The notes under the pieces were generated by a model. That model was not told where the DNA came from. It searched no databases and saw nothing but the letters and a program-made list of their open reading frames with translations. From Klebsormidium nitens (taxonomy: Eukaryota; Plantae; Klebsormidiophyceae), in NCBI GenBank assembly GCA_000708835.1, contig DF237159.1, positions 58,679 to 122,678 on the forward strand: a stretch of DNA of 64,000 bases. Reading direction: 5' to 3'. Below, one piece after another: positions 59,701-64,000 of this stretch; position 1 is the stretch's first letter; each line of letters starts with the position of its first letter. Made by a program: the position numbers and the translations under genes.

Positions 59701-62700
59701 TGCCCCCGTCCATCACTTCTGAATGCTCCCGCTGCGCTGATGCTTTCACGGGCCGCCGCGCACGCTTCGGCCGGGGGGCGTTCACACCAGCCTCCCCGGC
59801 CTTGCGCTTGCGGGTGGGAACGGGCTCCGGGGTGTCGGAGTCTGAACGGCGGTCGGAAGAGTCCCGGAACTCGTCGTCGGTTTCCATGGCTGCAATTCAA
59901 TCAGGGGTCCTTGAAGATTTTCAAGAAAAGGTCCTCGCAGGTTTAAGGTAAGAGGTCTAACTCAAACCCAAGGTGAGCAGCCCAACACGAGGCACAGGGT
60001 GCGAATCGCCAAACCCCTTGAAAAGTTGGTGGAGCAAGAATTACTCCCTGCTCGTTTACTAAGCAGTTTCAGATAAAAGACCCAGGTGTTCTCCACGCTA
60101 GTTTGAAAATAGAAGACTTCTTCGTGAATTTGCAAAGCACCCTTTGCAAAGTGAGAAGATGCGGCAGCGGACCAATAGTTACTTCAGATAGAGAAGGGAC
60201 TCTCTTCTGCGTTCAAAAACAATGACATCGGATCATCTTTCTGAGCCATCGTAGATCTAAGCGGAAGCTTTTCGATAAGCGGTGCGGGATTGAGCGGCCC
60301 ACCTTGGTACCTCCGCAGCAGCTCTTCAATGGGCAGTTCGCTTTCGGCCTTGAGGGCGTCCATTTCGTCCGCATACCCCGCCTCTTCCTCCGCGATCTCG
60401 GCCTCCAGCGTGCTTTCATCATCCTGCGCACAGGCAAGTAGGATTCACGAATTGGGGTTGGTGAGCCCTCTCTCAAGATGACAAAGAAATAGTCCATCAA
60501 TTTCGGCTCTGTTCACCTAAATGATTCAGTTCTTGGGGAATCTGCTTTGGAGGGAAGCTTCATGAGGAAGTTATTAAGAGCGGCTTGTGGCCCGATTTGA
60601 ACATTTTGGGCATCATTTCAAGCTGCCTCCTCCATATCGCAAAGATTCCATCTCTACCAAAACGCGACCACTGCATGACGCGGGCAGTCCAGGCTAGTCA
60701 CCATTTTACTTTGTCCCCAACACTGCGAGGTCTTTCAGCGAAAACACCCGGATGCGGCATGCACAACATCCACTCCACTCGAATCAGATCAGCGATTATA
60801 GAATTCACTTACAGAAGCTTTTCCTGAGCTAACCGTTGCTCACCAGCTTTGGGCGTTACTGAAAATCGTCACACTTACCTCTTCTTGCTCGTCTTCCCCC
60901 ACTTCAAAGTCATCGTCGCCATCCGCATGCGCCACCCTCCCCCCCCCTTCAGAACGCCCCTGCTTCGCCCCCCCGTCAGCCACCGCCTCATGAGCTCCTC
61001 CATCATCCCCCCCTTCTTGCTGCTTCGCCTCTTCTTCCCCGCTCCACATGTCCAGACTCCCATTCGTCAGCGCGAGCCTCGACTTTCCAGGCTTTCCGCT
61101 AGCTTCGACCCTGCCTCCGGAACCTCTAGCCGGTCCCTGCTCGTCCCCGGACCCTCTAGACGTCCCCTGCTCTGCCTCCGCCCCAGCGGAACCTTTAGAC
61201 GTCCCCGTGCCGGGCCGCCCCTGGAGGTCTGCCGCCAGCATGGTAGAATAGCGCTCCGTCTGGCCCACGAGAAAGTCCAAGTGCTTGTCCAGCGCCTTCT
61301 TCTTCGTTTCCTCCGCAAGAGCGCTGTGCTTATACTGCACCAGCTTCTCGATCTTCACCCAGAACTTGCGCACCTCCTTCGCGATCCCGCTCGCCAGTTT
61401 GCGCACCCGCGACTCCTCGTCCCGCACTCTCTTCTGGTCCCGCGCCTCCACGTCTAGTTGCACCTTGCTCGCTTTGAGCGCCCACCGTTTCGCCTGGCCC
61501 AGCTTCCACCTCCGTTCTTTCTCAAAGTCCTTAGCGAGCCACGTCATCTCCGCCAGCAAATGCTCCCAGTGCGACTTCCCCGCAACCGCCCCAGCAGGCA
61601 ACGGTCTCGGGGGCTCCGTGCTAGGCTGTATCTTTCCCCCCAGAGCGATCACCGCCTGCCGCTGCAGAATTTCGTTTGCGCGCGCCATGATTTCCGCGTC
61701 CGTTTTCAGCTTCTCCCTCACTGACGGGCGGGGCTTTGCACTGGCGCTCTTGACTGGGGGGACGTAATTGCCTAGGAGCTCAACCAAGTCGCCCGCGCTT
61801 CCTGCCTCGTCCGCACTCATCCCGAAGCTTGCGGATTGTGGCCGCAGTTTGCTGCCCCCTCGCGCCTGTCCACTCACAAACCCCTTCTTCTTCTTTCTCT
61901 TCTTCCCATCAGCCAGTCTGTCCTCTCCCCTTGTCTTGAGGCCATCTTCCCTTGACTGCAATTCTCCCTTCTCCAACGAGGCCCCAAACTCCGACTCAGA
62001 CTCTGTCATCCCCGCTTGCTCGTCCTGCTTCTGTACGTCCGCCAACTCTCTACTCTCTGGAAAACTTTCCTCATCCATGAGCACAGCACTCCCCCCGCCG
62101 GTCTCACCTCCTTCAGGACCCTTCCGCCCCTGCAAGTGCTTCCGCTTGATCCTGATCTCGATCTTGGGAGGCTCTCCGTCTCGCGGCCGCTTCCGCTTCT
62201 TCCCCGGGGGCCGCTCGCCCTGCCGCAACGACGCCCCCTGGGCGCCTCCTCCGTCCCCGGGGGATCGGGACCCCCCCAAACCACCCCCGGACGGCGGACT
62301 CACAATCCGCACCCTCAACTTCGGCCTGTCCTTCCTCTCTGCCCCCATGAGATCATGCACGGAGCGCACCCGAGGCCCCTTTCTGTCCAGATCTCCGTCC
62401 ACACCCTGCCCTGACCCGTCAACCGCAATGCTCCCTTTCCTGGAAGCTCTCCCCTGGCAATCCCCATGCCTCCCACTTCCGCCGTCTCGCTTCTGCCTCC
62501 CAGTCTCCATCTTAAGACCCTCATCTCCCTCACTCTCCAGATCTGTCTCATCGTCAGGCTTGACCGTGGCCCTCGCAAGCCCTTGCCGCCTCGGCGTCTC
62601 TGAAACCCTCGGTTTCGCATCCGAACCTTCACCTGCGAGTCCCCGCATCCCTTGCTTCAGATTGAAGCGGACAACCATACTCGGATCCCTGGGGCTCCCC

Positions 62701-63230
62701 CCCTGGGGCTTCGGAGACGCAGGCAGCGCCAGGCAGGCCTCCTTAGTGGACTGCAACCGGGGGGTCCCAACCGGGCTCCGCGGCCCCCCCTGCCGCCCAG
62801 GGGATTGCCACCGGGGGGAGCCAACCGGGCTTCGCGGCGTAAGCCGCTTTCCAGGGGGGCTGCCGTTGCTCTTCCCTGCACCCCCCTGGGAAGCGGCATT
62901 CAGGTCCAAGGCCGGAAGCGCTGCATTCCGATTGGTGGGGCCCGCCTTCCGAAGCGCTAATCGCAGCTGGCGGGGGGACTTCGGCTCCTGTCTCGACCGC
63001 GTGCTCCGGCCTACACCCCCCTGAAGGCCAGCCTGTCCTAGGGCCTGGAGCTCAGACTTGCCAACCCTCCGCCTGGTCTTACTTTCGCCCCCCTTGTTTT
63101 GCTCTTCCATGTTCTGCTTCTTCCGGCTCCGCTTTTGTTCGCGGAGGGGGGACTCGGAGTCCAAGATTATGATTTCACCTTGGCCGGTGGCCCCGGCACT
63201 TGCGTGATTGGTGCCACCGCTTGAATCCAT
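41721..63230 (-). CDS. PIE1: SWR1/SRCAP-family chromatin-remodelling ATPase (plant PIE1). Exons 63230-60879, 60423-60303, 59889-59602, 58882-58745, 58178-56536 (one extra base), 55984-55849, 55347-55111, 54354-53503, 52817-51895, 51123-51009, 49841-49710, 49354-49232, 47834-47671, 47175-45352, 44831-44712, 44352-41721; ~3,930 aa
   Basis: HSA domain (KSHWEHLLAEMTWLAKDFEKERRWK); split SNF2 ATPase ([88 protein letters not shown]); SANT/Myb-like segment (WKHAEDVILCSAV...RSPEQCRERY). All 15 introns are GT-AG. Phases close only if exon 5 loses one base. Confidence 0.93.
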
Positions 63231-64000
63231 GGCGAGTCTGCTGGAGGGTCAGGAGCTAAACCCTCGAGCGCTTTGCTAAACCCATACTGACCAGGGCTAG
63301 CTGTCGAACTCCGCCAGTCGTCTTAGGGGCGCCAGGTATCTAGGGCCCTGCAGCCAGCAAGTAAGCTGGGAAATTGAGCACAGAAGCTGAAAGTCCACTC
63401 AAAGGGACAAAACCATCACATGCCCAGAGTGATATGTGTAGGGACCAGAGATGGATAGCATAGGCTATGCAGATTTTAGCGGTCACCTGTCCAACGATCA
63501 CCCCATTTTCTCCTGCACCTTTTTGTGAAGAATCTCAATGAACTTGATTGCAGCAGGTCAAAAAAACTCACAAAAGAAACCCCATCATAAAAGGTCATGG
63601 CACCACGCTTCCACATGAAAGGACTCGTAGGGGGTTAGGTCAAACTTCGAAGATGAAACTCTCAAGCCAAGAAATGCTCACAAGTATTCTGGACTTCCAA
63701 AACTCTGCAGTAAACAAGATCCAATTGAATGTAACGCGTGCAAGTTTGTCCATCTGAATGGAGACAAGTCACCAGCACAAACCTTTGCGGTGCCAATGCT
63801 GACAACAACGGCCCTCTTTTCCAGGTGTGCAAGTCGGAGTACAGAACTTGCCGGGCAATTACGTGCCAAGTCATTCCACCTGACTTAGCTGCCCTATGCA
63901 GAGGCCGATTGCCAGGGCACGTAAAAGCCATGAAAACGCTTAGCATGTGCATAGAAATGCTGCAATCCTCCAAACCTCCAACTTAGTGACGTTCGCTGCA

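Noticed and set aside
41497-63163. Many long plus-strand ORFs (e.g. 45325-46515, 57163-57912, 61768-63024)
   Set aside because: Antisense shadows of GC-rich, low-complexity PIE1 exons.
63231-64000. Short ORFs upstream of PIE1
   Set aside because: No motifs or splice support; treated as promoter/intergenic DNA.

Overview
Eukaryotic, intron-rich DNA with plant-type genes, GC-rich codons and canonical GT-AG introns. The style suggests a streptophyte alga such as Klebsormidium (inference). I reconstructed three conserved genes exon by exon with consistent splice phases: DCP5/LSM14 (561-7083, +, 9 exons), DNAJC11/OWL1-like (27023-35933, -, 12 exons) and a ~3,900-aa PIE1/SWR1 chromatin remodeller (41721-63230, -, 16 exons, one homopolymer frameshift). 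Accessory content: (i) an 8.3-18.3 kb tandem array of an unrecognised intronless gene family A (3 intact copies, 1 broken) alternating with disrupted relics of a second family B; (ii) a C-terminal RING gene; (iii) a stand-alone EEP-superfamily enzyme gene spliced to a small C-terminal domain; (iv) a Cys-rich multi-exon gene largely invisible in the ORF track. The most striking signal is that introns of DNAJC11 and PIE1 (more weakly DCP5) carry about 20 degenerate same-strand copies ('echoes') of the adjacent exon edge, often including the splice site. Exon starts are echoed upstream and exon ends downstream, offsets cluster near ~140 and ~171 bp, and the differences from the real exon are mostly synonymous. 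All alignments were made by eye; no database search was possible.
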